From Bacilli bacterium (GTDB lineage Bacteria > Bacillota_I > Bacilli_A > RFN20 > CAG-826), in NCBI GenBank assembly GCA_040396875.1, contig JBBAWZ010000003.1, positions 1 through 49,893 on the forward strand: DNA of 49,893 bases, given 5' to 3'. Below, in pieces: positions 33,917-42,504 of the stretch. A model generated the notes under the pieces. That model was not told the origin of the DNA. It saw only the letters and a list, made by a program, of their open reading frames with translations, and searched no databases. Within the stretch, counting starts at the first letter, position 1. Each line of letters starts with the position of its first letter. The position numbers and the translations under genes were made by a program.

Positions 33917-33992
33917 GGATGTTTAGCTCAGCTGGGAGAGCATCTGTTTGACGTACAGAAGGTCGGGGGTTCGATCCCCTCAGCATCCACCA
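33917..33992 (+). tRNA. tRNA-Val (anticodon GAC)
   Basis: Acceptor GGATGTT/AGCATCC, anticodon stem TCTGT/ACAGA, loop TTGACGT, encoded CCA. Confidence 0.85.
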
Positions 33993-34003
33993 GAAATGAA
34001 AAT

Positions 34004-34027
34004 AACTGCGGAAACGCAGTTTTTTTA
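34004..34027 (+). terminator. Terminator after tRNA-Val
   Basis: AACTGCG-GAAA-CGCAGTT followed by TTTTTT. Confidence 0.75.
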
Positions 34028-34070
34028 TTCAAATTCCAAAAAGTTTGCTAAAATTAATAAGGTAAATCGT

Positions 34071-34853
34071 ATGAACTCTTATTATTTATATTTCACAGTC
34101 TCTGAATGGATTGATTTTTCAATCGGCGGCATTTTTTTATTAGCCTTAAGTATTTACATTTTTACCTTCGTAAGAAGAAAAGCATATGGTATTTTATTTA
34201 TACTTTTATCCCTTTCCATTTCAGGTAGCTATGTTCTTCAAGATTTTTCTTTTTTAACGATTACGCTCATTACCTTATTTATTATTCTTGTTAATGTTTT
34301 TGTGGTGTTGAATGCAACAGAATTAAAAGCACGTATTGATGCGATGTTTCGTTTTGGAAAAAATCAAAGTTCAGTAGGGTTGATCAACTACGATAAAGAA
34401 ATGATTTATGAGCTTATTTATGATGCAGTTTCGTTTATGTCAAAAAATAAAATTGGTGCGCTTATTACCATTGAAAGAACCACAAAATTAGACAATTATA
34501 CGAAAAATGGCGTCCTATTAAATGCACCATTATCTTCAGAAATGTTAACCACGATTTTTTATCCAGGAACGAGATTACACGATGGTGCGGTCATCATTCG
34601 TGGTAGTTTTATTCTTGCAGCAAACGTCTATTATCAACCCACAACCAAACCAGTTTTAGGAAAATTAGGATCTCGCCATCGAGCCGCCATTGGTATTTCA
34701 GAAGCTACGGATGCTGTGACAATTGTCGTATCAGAAGAGTCGGGTCGCTTGTCGTTGACATATGGGGGTCAACTTGAGGCTGTTTATTTGGATACGTTTA
34801 AACAAACGTTAGCCAATTACATAGAGAACAGGCCACATTTTGAAAATAATTAA
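34071..34853 (+). CDS. cdaA: Membrane-anchored diadenylate cyclase CdaA
   Basis: Three N-terminal TM segments plus a DAC domain (GALITIER, LHDGAVII, GSRHRAAIGISEATDAVTIVVSEESG). The track start (33948) lies inside tRNA-Val. ATG 34071 is preceded by the extended -10 TGcTAAAAT (34046-34054). Confidence 0.9.
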   Translation: MNSYYLYFTVSEWIDFSIGGIFLLALSIYIFTFVRRKAYGILFILLSLSISGSYVLQDFSFLTITLITLFIILVNVFVVLNATELKARIDAMFRFGKNQSSVGLINYDKEMIYELIYDAVSFMSKNKIGALITIERTTKLDNYTKNGVLLNAPLSSEMLTTIFYPGTRLHDGAVIIRGSFILAANVYYQPTTKPVLGKLGSRHRAAIGISEATDAVTIVVSEESGRLSLTYGGQLEAVYLDTFKQTLANYIENRPHFENN

Positions 34854-36190
34854 TGGGAAAATATTTTGGAACGGATGGCTTTCGCGGATTTGTCGGTGAG
34901 CAGTTAAATGCCAATCACGCTTATCGTATCGGTCGCTATTTAGGTTCAATCTTAAAATCATCTGAAGCTATCTTTGTTGGCCAAGACACACGTATTTCTT
35001 CACCATTACTTGCCGACGCTTTGATGTCGGGAGCCATGGCTTCTGGAGCACGCATCATTGATTTAGGCATTATTACGACACCTGCCATTTCCTTTTTTTT
35101 ACAACAATCTAAAAAGGGTTTTGGTGTGATGATTTCCGCAAGTCATAATCCTTATTATGATAATGGGATTAAATTATTTAATCATGAAGGTGAAAAACTC
35201 AATGGTGAAATCGAAATCGCAATTGAACAATATCTTGATACTCCTAACGATAACTTACCATTTAAAAGCGGTAAACAAGTAGGGTCAATAGACCTTCATT
35301 CAAAGGATTATCTACCTAAATATATTGATTTTTTAACGAAACGATATGAGTCTCATAATCGCAAACTAAATATCTTAGTTGATACTGCAAATGGATCAGC
35401 GTCCGCAATTGCCAAAACTTTATTTAATCGGCTTGGTATTCAAGCTACGTTTATCCATGATCAACCTAATGGAACCAATATCAATGATCAATGCGGTGCC
35501 ACGCATCTAAAATCCTTACAAGCCAACATAATCAAAGGTAAATTCGATGTAGGATTTGCATTTGATGGCGATGCCGATCGAATGATAGCGATGACGTCGA
35601 GTGGTCAAGAAGTGAATGGAGATGCCTTAATATATTTAAATAGTTTACAGCTATTTTCTAGTCGAAAAAACATTAAGAAAAAAGTCGTCATTACCCAAAT
35701 GAGTAATTTTGGATTAAAGAAAGCGTTAAAAGAAAAAGGTATCGATTATATTGAGACAAGTGTTGGTGATAAATATGTCCAAGCAGCCTTGAAAAAGGAA
35801 AAACTTATTCTGGGTGGCGAACAATCTGGACACGTCATTTTCCTAGATGAGCTCAATACGGGAGATGGATTACTTTCAGCGATTAAATTACTAAATATTC
35901 TTCAATCAAACTCAAAACCTTTATCAGAACTTGTGTTATCATTAAAACAATATCCGCAAGTATTAAAAAATATTGCAGTGGGCAATAAAAATGAAGTAAT
36001 GGCCTATCCCGCAATTATTAACTTAATCAAGGATATAGAAAAGCGACTTGGACAACATGGACGAATTCTGGTTCGACCTTCGGGTACAGAATCCTTAATT
36101 CGTGTCATGGTAGAAGCATTGGAACCCCAGCAATGTGAGCAATATGTTCAAGAAGTGATATCGTTAATCGAAAACACTTTCATCAATTAA
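34853..36190 (+). CDS. glmM: Phosphoglucosamine mutase
   Basis: MGKYFGTDGFRG, active-site SASHNPYYDNGIK, FDGDADR, and GGEQSGH. The start overlaps the cdaA stop by 1 nt. Confidence 0.95.
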   Translation: MGKYFGTDGFRGFVGEQLNANHAYRIGRYLGSILKSSEAIFVGQDTRISSPLLADALMSGAMASGARIIDLGIITTPAISFFLQQSKKGFGVMISASHNPYYDNGIKLFNHEGEKLNGEIEIAIEQYLDTPNDNLPFKSGKQVGSIDLHSKDYLPKYIDFLTKRYESHNRKLNILVDTANGSASAIAKTLFNRLGIQATFIHDQPNGTNINDQCGATHLKSLQANIIKGKFDVGFAFDGDADRMIAMTSSGQEVNGDALIYLNSLQLFSSRKNIKKKVVITQMSNFGLKKALKEKGIDYIETSVGDKYVQAALKKEKLILGGEQSGHVIFLDELNTGDGLLSAIKLLNILQSNSKPLSELVLSLKQYPQVLKNIAVGNKNEVMAYPAIINLIKDIEKRLGQHGRILVRPSGTESLIRVMVEALEPQQCEQYVQEVISLIENTFIN

Positions 36191-36205
36191 GGGGGTCTTA
36201 TTGAC

Positions 36206-37993
36206 ATGTGTGGCATCGTTGGATCTGTTGGCGAAACAAAACTAAGAGAATATTTATTAAGTGGTCTAAAAAGCTTAGAGTATCGAGGATATGACTCAGC
36301 TGGTACCGCTTTTTTAACCAAGGAAAAAATTGAAGTATTTCGTTTGCCCGGCCGTATTGATGATTTAAGTAAAGTTGTTCCTGCTACCATGCATGGTTCA
36401 GCTGGGATTGGTCATACACGTTGGGCAACCCATGGTGAACCTAATTTTGTAAACTCTCATCCTCATAGTTCACAAAAATCCCATTTCACGATTGTTCATA
36501 ACGGCGTGATCGATAATTTTAGAATGCTGAAAAAGAAACTTCAAAATCAAGGTTTCAAATTTCAATCCGAAACCGATACCGAAGTCATCGCCAATTTAAT
36601 GGAGATGCATTATTTAAAAGATCCCAAACACGATCCTTTAAATGCGATTAAGCATACCTTAGAAGATTTAGAAGGATCATATGCCCTCGCCATTCTCTTT
36701 AAAGGCGATGATACGAAAGTTTATTTTGCTAAATTACATTCTCCATTAGTGATAGGTAAAGGCAAAAAGACCAATTATTTAGCATCCGATTATGTGCCGA
36801 TGTTAGATTATGCAACCTCCTATTACATCCTCGATGATTACCAATATGGTTACATTTCACAAAAAGAAGTCGTGGTAAAGCATCTTGACCCCAATGAAGA
36901 AAAACCACTTGTTTTCCATCAAACTGATATTAAAGTAACCGATATTGGTCTCAACGGTTATCCTCATTACATGCTTAAAGAAATTGAAGAATCACCAGAA
37001 GTTATTCAAAGAATCATCGATAATTATATCGATGGTAATAATTTCCTCCTTGATGAGGTTCTTATTCAAAAACTTCAACAAGCTGACCAAATTATTTTCT
37101 TAGCATGTGGTACGAGCTACCATGCGGCATTAGTCGGTCGTCGATATTTTGAATCGATTGGCAAAACAAGTCGAGTGTACATCGCTTCTGAATTTGCCTA
37201 TTACCCTGAAGTTAAAGGAAAAAATCCTTTGTTTATTTTTATCTCTCAAAGTGGAGAAACTGCTGATTTAATTCGCTGTGTCAAAATCATTCAACAACAA
37301 GGTAGTCCTATTCTCACGATTACCAACACAAAAGGTTCATCCCTTGATCGGGCTAGTGATTTCACCCTTTTACTTTATGCCGGGATGGAAATTGCGGTTG
37401 CTTCCACCAAAGCCTATATTGCACAAGTCGCTTTACTTGCGATTTTAAGAGCTGCGATGATTAGCAATACAGAAGTTATCACCGATTTAATTGAATCCAT
37501 GAAAGCGATGAAAAATTTAATTGGCGCTAAACTTGAAATTAAAGCCATTGCAGAATCGATTGCCAACCAACCGAATGTCTTTTTCTTAGGAAGAGGATTG
37601 GATTTTGATGTGGCGCTAGAAGCCTCATTAAAACTTAAAGAAATCACCTATATTCATTCAGAAGGTTTACCGGGTGGTGAATTGAAACACGGTCCGATTG
37701 CCCTTATTAAAGAAGGAGTGCCTGTGATTGCATTTGTTTCTGATCAAATTACCGCAGCTGCCATTCGTTCTAATTTACAAGAAGTGTTAGCACGTGGGGC
37801 AAAAGTCTATGTCATCAGTAATCAAGCCTTAGCCAAAGAAGAAGATGATTTTGTCACCAGTAATACAAAGGTTTATTTATCTCCATTACTTAAAGCGATG
37901 GTAGGACAATACCTCTCTTACTATGCTGCTTTATACCTTGGTCGTGATATCGATAAACCAAGAAATTTAGCAAAATCAGTCACGGTGGAATAA
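36206..37993 (+). CDS. glmS: Glutamine--fructose-6-phosphate aminotransferase
   Basis: MCGIVG N-terminal nucleophile, two SIS domains (GTSYHA, SQSGETADL), and a C-terminal KSVTVE. Confidence 0.97.
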   Translation: MCGIVGSVGETKLREYLLSGLKSLEYRGYDSAGTAFLTKEKIEVFRLPGRIDDLSKVVPATMHGSAGIGHTRWATHGEPNFVNSHPHSSQKSHFTIVHNGVIDNFRMLKKKLQNQGFKFQSETDTEVIANLMEMHYLKDPKHDPLNAIKHTLEDLEGSYALAILFKGDDTKVYFAKLHSPLVIGKGKKTNYLASDYVPMLDYATSYYILDDYQYGYISQKEVVVKHLDPNEEKPLVFHQTDIKVTDIGLNGYPHYMLKEIEESPEVIQRIIDNYIDGNNFLLDEVLIQKLQQADQIIFLACGTSYHAALVGRRYFESIGKTSRVYIASEFAYYPEVKGKNPLFIFISQSGETADLIRCVKIIQQQGSPILTITNTKGSSLDRASDFTLLLYAGMEIAVASTKAYIAQVALLAILRAAMISNTEVITDLIESMKAMKNLIGAKLEIKAIAESIANQPNVFFLGRGLDFDVALEASLKLKEITYIHSEGLPGGELKHGPIALIKEGVPVIAFVSDQITAAAIRSNLQEVLARGAKVYVISNQALAKEEDDFVTSNTKVYLSPLLKAMVGQYLSYYAALYLGRDIDKPRNLAKSVTVE

Positions 37994-38000
37994 AGCAATA

Positions 38001-38035
38001 AAAAAACCTCTAGTCAAAACTAGAGGTTTTATTTT
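38001..38035. terminator. Bidirectional terminator (glmS / SPFH gene)
   Basis: AAAAAACCTCTAG-TCAAAA-CTAGAGGTTTTATTTT. Confidence 0.8.
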
Positions 38036-38048
38036 GATCGCAAACGAT

Positions 38049-38993
38049 TTATTCGCCTTTTTTCTTTACCACGGGTTTTTCATCCGTGATGACTTCTTTC
38101 AAAGAGGCAATTAAACCTGTGACGTTTTGAATTTCAGAAGGAATGATTAATTTCGTCGCTGTACCATTGGCAACTTTTTCTAACGCTTCAAAACCTTTTA
38201 AAGTTAAGAAGGCTGCATCTGGTTTTGAACGATTGATTAATTCAACACCTTTGGCTTGTGCTTCAAAAATACGAAGGATTGCTTCCGCTTCCCCTTCAGC
38301 TTCAGTAATCTTTTTAATTTTAACGGCTTGAGCGCGTAGGACCGCAGATTCTTTTTCACCTTCAGCGGTTAAAATGGCAGCTTGTTTTTTACCCTCTGCT
38401 TCAAGAATGGCTTCACGTTTTTGACGTTCTGCACGCATTTGCTTTTCCATGGCTTCTTGAATATCACGTGGCGGAATAATATTTTTTAATTCAACCCGAT
38501 TGACTTTAATACCCCAAGAGTCTGTTGCTTCTTCAAGCGTTTCCCACATTTTGTGGTTGATTCTATCACGGGAGGTTAAGGTTTGGTCAAGTTCAAGATC
38601 CCCAATTAAGTTACGTAACGTGGTGGCAGTTAAATTTTCCATCGCAGATAATGGGCGTTCAACGCCATAGGTAAAGAGTTTTGGATCGGTGACTTGGAAA
38701 TATACAACGGTATCGATTTGCATCGTGACGTTATCTTTTGTGATGACAGGTTGAGGTGGAAAGTCGTAGACTCTTTCTTTTAAAGAAATGGTGGCAACTT
38801 TAGAATCGATCACTGGGACGATAAGGTGTATCCCCGCAGCTAAGGTTTTGTGATATTTTCCTAAACGTTGGACGAGGACTGTGGTTCCTTGTGAAACGAT
38901 AACAATCGAGCGAATTAAAATGATTAATAAGACAAAGAAGATAATTCCTAAAAAGAATAATCCAATGCCTGCAGCGGATGAGTATAGCGTCAT
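38049..38993 (-). CDS. SPFH/band-7 (stomatin/prohibitin-like) membrane protein
   Basis: N-terminal TM segment, SPFH core (IVSQGTTVLVQRLGKYHKTL... DNVTMQIDTVVYFQV), and an Ala/Glu-rich coiled coil (EAILEAEGKKQAAILTAEGEKE). Confidence 0.9.
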   Translation of the reverse strand: MTLYSSAAGIGLFFLGIIFFVLLIILIRSIVIVSQGTTVLVQRLGKYHKTLAAGIHLIVPVIDSKVATISLKERVYDFPPQPVITKDNVTMQIDTVVYFQVTDPKLFTYGVERPLSAMENLTATTLRNLIGDLELDQTLTSRDRINHKMWETLEEATDSWGIKVNRVELKNIIPPRDIQEAMEKQMRAERQKREAILEAEGKKQAAILTAEGEKESAVLRAQAVKIKKITEAEGEAEAILRIFEAQAKGVELINRSKPDAAFLTLKGFEALEKVANGTATKLIIPSEIQNVTGLIASLKEVITDEKPVVKKKGE

Positions 38994-38994
38994 A

Positions 38995-39462
38995 TTACTT
39001 TCCTTCTTTCTTTTTAATAACGGTTAATTTGTTACCGTTAATCGATTGAATCGTAGCATATTCTCCAGCTTTAAACGTGACATCTTGGTTGCTAATAAGT
39101 TTCCAGCGAACATCTCCATGCATCCCCATCCCAGACAATTTAGGACCAAAACCTTTTTCAATCAAAATATCCTGACCAATTAATGCATCTGCATTGGTAG
39201 GTATAGAGGGACGATTGGTAACCTTTTTTACAAAAGGTCTCGTTAAGATTAATAGCACAACGCTTGTCAATGCAAAGATAAGGATTTGCCAAACAATGCC
39301 AACTTGGAATAAAGTTGCGAATAGTAATGCAATTAATGCCCCACCTGCAAACCAAAGTGACACAAGTTGCGGTTCAAGTGATTCGACGATGACAGCAACA
39401 AAAAACACCACGACCCATAAAATAATCCCAACTAATTGAAAATCAATTGTGGTTAAAATCAT
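38995..39462 (-). CDS. NfeD-family membrane protein
   Basis: 155 aa with three TM segments and a C-terminal soluble beta domain. It lies directly upstream of the SPFH gene, the classic NfeD-SPFH operon arrangement. SD GGAGG is present. Confidence 0.8.
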   Translation of the reverse strand: MILTTIDFQLVGIILWVVVFFVAVIVESLEPQLVSLWFAGGALIALLFATLFQVGIVWQILIFALTSVVLLILTRPFVKKVTNRPSIPTNADALIGQDILIEKGFGPKLSGMGMHGDVRWKLISNQDVTFKAGEYATIQSINGNKLTVIKKKEGK

Positions 39463-39548
39463 AGCGTTTCCTCCTTTAAAATAACAATATCATTTTTTAT
39501 ATTTTTTATATAGTTAATTCTTGTAAATTTTAGAGTAAAATAAAGGCA

Positions 39549-40166
39549 ATGAAATCCAAAAAAAACCAATCTTTTTATGAATTTATTATGAAGGTTCAAG
39601 CCATTAGTAAAGTCGGATTAACCTATTCAAAAGATGCTTATGCACTTGAAAACTACCAAGAATTAAGCGATCTTTCGACGAAAATGTTGAAAAGTTTTAC
39701 CAAGTTAAATTTTAACCGGCCTCAATACTTTGAACGTGATTTATATCCCACCCCTAATGTATCCGTGAGAATGATTATTTTAAATCAACAGCAAGAAGTT
39801 CTCTTAGTAAAAGAGAAAGTTGATAAAGGTTATACCTTACCTGGTGGTTGGGCAGATTTGTTTGAAAGTCCTGTCGAAGCGATTCGTAAAGAATGTATGC
39901 AAGAAGCTGGAGCCGATGTTAAAGTCAGCCATTTAACTGGAGTTTATCACTTTGATTTTGAACACCATGGTCAAGCACAAAGCCAATATGTTTTGGTATT
40001 TAAAGGAACATTAAATGCGCCGCTTAAACCATATGGTCATGAAATACTCGATGTAAAGTTCTTTCCGATTAACCAATTACCGAAACAACTCTCATTTAAA
40101 ATTGAACGTGCTGACTTAATCAAGATGATTTCTGATGCTCAAAAAGGAGAAACCTTCTTTGAATAA
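39549..40166 (+). CDS. NUDIX hydrolase with N-terminal helical extension
   Basis: Nudix box GGWADLFESPVEAIRKECMQEAG. The N-terminal ~65 aa (ISKVGLTYSKDAYALENYQEL) resembles the Nudix N-terminal domain of ADP-ribose-pyrophosphatase-like proteins. Confidence 0.8.
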   Translation: MKSKKNQSFYEFIMKVQAISKVGLTYSKDAYALENYQELSDLSTKMLKSFTKLNFNRPQYFERDLYPTPNVSVRMIILNQQQEVLLVKEKVDKGYTLPGGWADLFESPVEAIRKECMQEAGADVKVSHLTGVYHFDFEHHGQAQSQYVLVFKGTLNAPLKPYGHEILDVKFFPINQLPKQLSFKIERADLIKMISDAQKGETFFE

Positions 40167-41862
40167 ATCACGGCCATGGTGGCAAGAGGCTATCGGTTAT
40201 CAAATTTATCCACGTTCCTTTTATGACAGTAATCATGATGGTATTGGTGATCTTAATGGCATTCGTTTAAAACTACCTCACCTTCATCAATTAGGCGTAA
40301 ATCTTTTATGGATTTGCCCTTTTTTCGCCTCACCCATGGATGACTATGGGTATGATGTTAAAGATTATTTACAGGTTGATCCTATTTTTGGTAGTTTAGA
40401 AGATTTCCAAGCGTTACTTAAAGAAGCACATCATATTGGCATTCGTATCATTATCGATTTGGTGTTAAACCATACTAGTGATGAACATCGATGGTTTATG
40501 GAAGCGCGAAAAAATCAATATTCAAAGTATCATCAATACTACATTTGGAAAGATCCCAAAAAAACCGAAGAAGGTAAACTACTACCTCCAACCAATTGGC
40601 GTGGTTATTTTTCGGATAGTGCTTGGCATTACGATGACACCGTTAAGCAATATTATTTAAAAATCTTTTCTAAGAAAATGCCAGATCTTAACTGGGAAAA
40701 TAAGTCGATGCGACAAGATATGTACGAGGTGGCTAAATTTTGGTTAGACCTTGGCGTCGATGGATTTCGTCTTGATGCTTTAGCTCATTTAGCAAAGGAT
40801 TTAACCTTTTCCAATTCTACCCTACCAATCGATGCCGATGGCTTGGTTCTCGATGCTCGTAAATTTTCTTCGTTACCAAGGGTGTTTGATTACCTTAAAG
40901 AGTTTAAATCAGAAGTGTTGATGAAATATCCTGAGGCTTTGACGATTGGCGAAGTTGGAGGCGGGGTAACCCCTGAGATGTCTTTGCAGTACATCCATCC
41001 TCAAACTGGATTCTTAAACATGGTCTTTAATTTCGATACATGTTGGGAAAATGGTGCATTCGGTTCCGACCATAAAGCCGATCATGAACTTAAGACCAAC
41101 GTGGTGCAATTAAAACAAAATTTTATGAAGTGGTATCAAACCGTTTCACCACAGGCTTCCTTACCAATCTATTGGTTAAATCATGATCATCCTCGAGTCG
41201 TGTCCCAATACGGATCGATTCGATACCGCAAAGAATCGGCCACAATGCTTGCGACCACCTTATTATTTTTGTATGGTACTCCTTTCATTTATAACGGTGA
41301 AGAAATAGGCATGAGCAATGTTGACTATGAGAAATTAACCCAATTCAAAGACGTCTCTGCGCTTCAGTATGCCAAACAAGCTGCGGATCGAATTGATGAG
41401 TCAACCATCCTTCGCTTTTTAAGACGAACTTCAAGAGTAAATGCTCGAACACCCTTTCAATGGAGTGATGAACCTTTTGCAGGTTTTTCAACCGTTGAAC
41501 CCTCCTTACAAGTCAACGGTAATTATCGAGACGTGAATCTAGCAAAACAAAAGTTAGATCCCAAATCCATTTTTAATTTTTATCGCAAAGCGATTGCGTT
41601 ACGCAAAACGCCAAAGGTAAAGGAAACCGTATTAACAGGACCCTTAACTTTAGTGGACCCATTGCATCCCGATGTATTTGCTTATATTCATGAAGGTAGA
41701 CCTTCGCTCATGGTGGTGAGTAATTTTAGATCTTATGAAGTTGAGTTTAAAGTTGATCGCATTATCAATTCAGTGATGTTACATAATTATCCTACGATTG
41801 AAAAGCGTGGATTAAATCTTGTTCTAAGACCTTTTGAAACTTATCTATTTGAAATTGAATGA
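40135..41862 (+). CDS. GH13 alpha-glucosidase / oligo-1,6-glucosidase
   Basis: GH13 conserved regions (WWQEAIGYQIYPRSF, DLVLNHTSDEH, GVDGFRLDALAH, IGEV, NHDHPR). An alternative start is TTG 40159, 9 nt after GGAG. Confidence 0.9.
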   Translation: MLKKEKPSLNKSRPWWQEAIGYQIYPRSFYDSNHDGIGDLNGIRLKLPHLHQLGVNLLWICPFFASPMDDYGYDVKDYLQVDPIFGSLEDFQALLKEAHHIGIRIIIDLVLNHTSDEHRWFMEARKNQYSKYHQYYIWKDPKKTEEGKLLPPTNWRGYFSDSAWHYDDTVKQYYLKIFSKKMPDLNWENKSMRQDMYEVAKFWLDLGVDGFRLDALAHLAKDLTFSNSTLPIDADGLVLDARKFSSLPRVFDYLKEFKSEVLMKYPEALTIGEVGGGVTPEMSLQYIHPQTGFLNMVFNFDTCWENGAFGSDHKADHELKTNVVQLKQNFMKWYQTVSPQASLPIYWLNHDHPRVVSQYGSIRYRKESATMLATTLLFLYGTPFIYNGEEIGMSNVDYEKLTQFKDVSALQYAKQAADRIDESTILRFLRRTSRVNARTPFQWSDEPFAGFSTVEPSLQVNGNYRDVNLAKQKLDPKSIFNFYRKAIALRKTPKVKETVLTGPLTLVDPLHPDVFAYIHEGRPSLMVVSNFRSYEVEFKVDRIINSVMLHNYPTIEKRGLNLVLRPFETYLFEIE

Positions 41863-42437
41863 AAACAGATATTTGTTACTATTTAGTTGCCCAATTCCCC
41901 TTTGCGGATGAACCTTTTCGCAAGACCATCAAAGATGTCATTGGCCAACCGATTACATGGCATCGCTTACATAAGGACCAAGTTGCATTTTTTACGAATC
42001 AAGATAGTCGAACCACACTTCAAGCATTCCTTGACACCTATCAACAAGAATACAATTTAAAATTTCATCTTTTAAAATCTTATCGCTTGCATGCTTTAGG
42101 AGAACACGCTTCTCGATTAGCGATTAAAAAAAATCCGGGTAAAGTTGATAGTCTAGGTGATTTGATGTTGCAACTGATTTTTGATGGTAATCAAGCGCTT
42201 ACGCCTTTTATTGCAGAAGAATTTTCTCAAGTGCCTCGCCACTTAATGCAAACCGCTTCGATGTTACTTGCTTGTGATTTAAAGGCAACCATTGCTAGTG
42301 AAAGATTATATGTCCATCGAAATACATTTGCTTATCGTCTTAATCAATTTGTTAATTTAACAGGTTTAGATATTCGTCAACATGACCACGCGCTTCTATT
42401 TACCTTGATTGAAAAGCTTTTGATCAAACAAGGTTGA
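41859..42437 (+). CDS. Small PucR/CdaR-type HTH protein (putative regulator)
   Basis: The C-terminal HTH ASERLYVHRNTFAYRLNQFVNLTGLD is typical of the PucR C-terminal domain. ATGA overlap with the glucosidase stop. Confidence 0.6.
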   Translation: MKTDICYYLVAQFPFADEPFRKTIKDVIGQPITWHRLHKDQVAFFTNQDSRTTLQAFLDTYQQEYNLKFHLLKSYRLHALGEHASRLAIKKNPGKVDSLGDLMLQLIFDGNQALTPFIAEEFSQVPRHLMQTASMLLACDLKATIASERLYVHRNTFAYRLNQFVNLTGLDIRQHDHALLFTLIEKLLIKQG

Positions 42438-42459
42438 TTTGTGCATTGTGCACAAATCA
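42435..42459. promoter_or_regulatory. Perfect 11-3-11 palindrome (candidate operator)
   Basis: TGATTTGTGCA-ttg-TGCACAAATCA. It starts at the stop codon of the HTH gene, and its right arm covers the -35 position of the downstream promoter. Confidence 0.5.
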
Positions 42460-42473
42460 TGATAAACTGAAGT

Positions 42474-42482
42474 TGTTATAAT
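42474..42482 (+). promoter_or_regulatory. Extended -10 promoter element for the MsmK-like ATPase gene
   Basis: TGtTATAAT lies 22 nt upstream of ATG 42505. SD AAGGAG is present. Confidence 0.5.
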
Positions 42483-42504
42483 TTTTTTCAAGGAGAATTA
42501 AACA

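Noticed and set aside
33948-34070. Upstream extension of the cdaA ORF (track start 33948)
   Set aside because: The first 41 codons overlap tRNA-Val and its terminator. ATG 34071 lies downstream of a promoter and gives the normal three-TM CdaA N-terminus.
36191-36205. glmS ribozyme upstream of glmS
   Set aside because: Only 15 nt separate glmM and glmS, far too short for the ribozyme, which is well over 100 nt. The absence is reported as a finding instead.
42435-42459. Palindrome as a CcpA cre site or as a Rho-independent terminator
   Set aside because: It lacks the central CG and the TGNAANCGNTNNCA-like pattern of cre. It has no downstream T-tract, so it is unlikely to be an efficient intrinsic terminator.
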